A stretch of DNA of 64,000 bases from IMG/VR virus record IMGVR_UViG_3300037501_000111, positions 276,342-340,341 of that record. The stretch is one strand, 5' to 3'. The notes beneath the pieces were generated by a model. That model made no database searches and was not told the DNA's origin. It saw only the letters and a list, made by a program, of their open reading frames with translations. The number at the start of each line of letters is the position of its first letter. The stretch's first letter is position 1. Origin of the DNA: a virus (taxonomy: Duplodnaviria > Caudoviricetes). Position numbers and translations under genes: made by a program. Below, one piece after another: positions 61,906 through 64,000 of this stretch.

Positions 61906-62229
61906 ATGGGTGAATTAGATAAAGATTTTGATAGTCTTGTTGACCAAATCAATGCAAAACTAGCATCGGCAGCAGAAGCTTTAAGAGAAGCAAATGAACT
62001 TCGTTCAAAAGCTGGTCTTGAATCGTTCATTTTCTCTGCTTGGATGCGCGATGAAGCTTATCGAGAGATTCGCAACCGAATTGAAGATGAAGAGAATCGT
62101 AAAGCTGATAGCAGTGAAATCTATGATGAAATCGAGAAGCGTCAAGAAATGTATGAGCGCTTTGATGTTCGTGCTCTAGAAAATGAACTAGGTTCTGGTG
62201 GTTGGTCTATATCCAGCTCTTACTGTTGA
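61906..62229 (+). CDS. Paralog family B protein (C-terminal module only)
   Basis: AKLASAAEALREAN..GGWSISSSYC. Confidence 0.7.
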   Translation: MGELDKDFDSLVDQINAKLASAAEALREANELRSKAGLESFIFSAWMRDEAYREIRNRIEDEENRKADSSEIYDEIEKRQEMYERFDVRALENELGSGGWSISSSYC

Positions 62230-62273
62230 GAGGTAATTGGAGGTGGTGGATCAGATGATGTTTGGTGATTAAA

Positions 62274-62381
62274 ATGATAATCCTAATCATTATTGTAGTG
62301 GTAATTTTACTCCTTTGCTTGATTGGTTCCAAGTTAGGTGGAGGAGATTTTGGAGGCGGCGGCTCGTTTTCAGATTGGTAA
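62274..62381 (+). CDS. 35-aa membrane peptide with Gly/Ser-DW tail
   Basis: MIILIIIVVVILLLCLIGSKLGGGDFGGGGSFSDW, read manually. Confidence 0.55.
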   Translation: MIILIIIVVVILLLCLIGSKLGGGDFGGGGSFSDW

Positions 62382-62399
62382 TTTTTATTAGAGGTTAAT

Positions 62400-62585
62400 A
62401 TGGCAACTGCATTGTTTATTCTTGTGTTAGTACTGTTTGTGGCAGCCGTTGTGTGGGTTATTGTCAAAGCTGTTAGCAGTGGTGGCGTTGGCTCCTCTGG
62501 TAGCTCCTCTAGTGGCTCTTCTTCCGATAGTGGAAGTATGGGTGGTGGTGATTCTGGTGGTAGTGGCTCTAGCGATAGCTGGTGA
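62400..62585 (+). CDS. Small membrane protein with Gly/Ser tail
   Basis: One TM helix then GGGDSGGSGSSDSW; GAGG RBS. Confidence 0.7.
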   Translation: MATALFILVLVLFVAAVVWVIVKAVSSGGVGSSGSSSSGSSSDSGSMGGGDSGGSGSSDSW

Positions 62586-63751
62586 TTGACATCATGAAGA
62601 AAATTATTGCCATGCTAGTTGCCTTGATGGTAACTCTTTTCACAGTAAATGTTTTAGCATATACGTCACCTCCTTCTCCAGCTCCAGCAAGCTGGATTTC
62701 GGATAGCTCACGTGTGCTTTCTGATGAAGCGCACGCTCGCTTTGATGCGAAACTTAGGCAAATCAACCAAAGCAGTGCTAATGAAATTGCTGCTCTTATC
62801 CTTCCTACCTTAGATGATGCCGATATTGCTGATGTCGGCGATATTACCGTTAAGACTTGGGGCGTAGGTAAGAAGGGACTAGATAATGGTGTGTTAGTTG
62901 TTCTAGCTATGAAGGAAAAAAAGTCTCGTATTTCCACTGGTAAAGGTGTGGAAGGCGACCTTCCTGACTTGAAGTCTAATGATATCTTGGTGGCTGCCCA
63001 GCCCTATCTTCGTAAAGGAGATGTGGAAGGCGTCCTTAGATTTATCTTCGACAGTTCTGCTAGTGCCATTGCTAATCATAAAGCAGAGGTTGCAGCCGGC
63101 AAAACGACCGAAAGTGGTAATAGGCAGTCCTGTGACGTCTCTGGTGGTGTTGGTGCCAGTGGAGAAGGTACTTGGGTTTTAGTTTTGGTAGTTGGCGGGG
63201 CGATTGCTCTTGTTTGGTACCTGGCTGCTCGTACCAAGCGAAGGCGCCAAACCGAAGAAGCTGAACGTGTTGCCGCCAAGCAAAGGCTGGAAGCTCGTAA
63301 GCGATTAGTTGAAGAGCGAGAAGCTGCCCGAAAACGAGATGAAGAACGTAAGCGCAAAGAGTCTTTAACTAAGAATACTCCGGTTGTGAGTGTTCCAACT
63401 GTTCATCGTCCCACTCCAACTGTTCCTCGCCCTACTCCTAGGGCATCTACTCCAGCCCCATCAGTTGTACCAACAGCTATTGCTGCTTCTGCCGCTTTAG
63501 CTGCTGCTGAAGATTCTGCGCGTAAACACCGTGCAGAAGAAGATCGTAAGCGCCAGCAACGAGAGCAAGAAGATGCTGATCGTAGGCGCAGGCAACAAGA
63601 GGATGACGATCGCCGCAGGCGAGATTCTGAAAGCTCTTCCAGCTACAGCTCTAGCTACTCTTCTAGTAACTCCGGTTGGGATTCTGGCGGCTCCTCTGGT
63701 GGTTTTGGTGGCGGTGATTCTGGCGGTGGCGGATCTTCTGGCGATTGGTGA
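62582..63751 (+). CDS. TPM-domain (YgcG/TLP18.3-like) membrane protein
   Basis: WGVGKKGLDNGVLVVLA..RISTGKGVEGDLPD; TM helix; GGFGGGDSGGGGSSGDW tail. Confidence 0.88.
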   Translation: MIDIMKKIIAMLVALMVTLFTVNVLAYTSPPSPAPASWISDSSRVLSDEAHARFDAKLRQINQSSANEIAALILPTLDDADIADVGDITVKTWGVGKKGLDNGVLVVLAMKEKKSRISTGKGVEGDLPDLKSNDILVAAQPYLRKGDVEGVLRFIFDSSASAIANHKAEVAAGKTTESGNRQSCDVSGGVGASGEGTWVLVLVVGGAIALVWYLAARTKRRRQTEEAERVAAKQRLEARKRLVEEREAARKRDEERKRKESLTKNTPVVSVPTVHRPTPTVPRPTPRASTPAPSVVPTAIAASAALAAAEDSARKHRAEEDRKRQQREQEDADRRRRQQEDDDRRRRDSESSSSYSSSYSSSNSGWDSGGSSGGFGGGDSGGGGSSGDW

Positions 63752-63754
63752 GTT

Positions 63755-63958
63755 ATGGTCACTGTTAAATCTAGCGGTCCAGTTAAAACAAAGACGGTTG
63801 TATGTAGTAAATGTGCATACGAGTTATAATATACTGGTGAAGATATTCAGTCTTCAGGTGGATATTGTATGGGAGAATATGATGTATCCTTCTTTATTAT
63901 CTGCCCAAGGGAAACTTGTAAAGAAAAGACCTTTGTAAAAGCCTGGAATGCTAGGTAA
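63755..63958 (+). pseudogene. Zn-ribbon protein with in-frame TAA (63827)
   Basis: VVCSKCAYEL*YTGED..ICPRETC. Confidence 0.55.
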
Positions 63959-64000
63959 GTGCAGGGCCATTAAATTCGCGCATTCAACGGGGCCTAATCT

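Noticed and set aside
13698-63829. Stop-codon reassignment (TAG=Gln or TGA=Trp)
   Set aside because: All three stop types occur as isolated internal lesions alongside many frameshifts. Long genes (lysS, AAA ATPase, RNA ligase) have no internal stops, and TAG and TGA end many genes normally.
63978-63992. Further motif copy (GCATTCAACGG); also CCCATTGAATG at 9594 and 13571
   Set aside because: Too degenerate; the 13571 instance lies in probable coding sequence and is likely chance.

Overview
This looks like 64 kb of the accessory/early region of a large (jumbo-type) phage genome. That is an inference: genes are dense, small and almost all on the + strand, there are tRNAs and many free-standing homing endonucleases, and no structural or core replication genes fall in the window. 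Recognisable genes include a RadC/JAB domain, metallophosphoesterase, Zn-dependent deaminase, Dam-like N6-adenine methylase next to a HaeIII-family restriction endonuclease, DRB0094-type RNA ligase, cyclic-phosphate-processing receiver domain, dephospho-CoA kinase, family-4 UDG, M50 and M10-like proteases, HAD (RNA-repair type), a complete class II lysyl-tRNA synthetase, PLP aminotransferase, AAA+ ATPase, TrmH/SpoU methylase and a TPM-domain protein. There are four canonical tRNAs (Lys-TTT, Gln-TTG, Leu-TAA, Leu-CAA) plus atypical tRNA-like elements. The most striking unexplained signal is a 13-bp asymmetric motif, CTCCCATTCACGG, found 16 times, always on the + strand and mostly between a stop codon and the next gene or a hairpin. 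A three- to four-member family of winged-helix-like paralogs sits at several of these sites. A second regulatory class (TGnTATA-type, extended -10-like) drives leaderless or hairpin-occluded genes, and several non-coding structured-RNA candidates are present. Many genes carry homopolymer frameshifts or single in-frame stops, so sequence errors or decay must be kept in mind.
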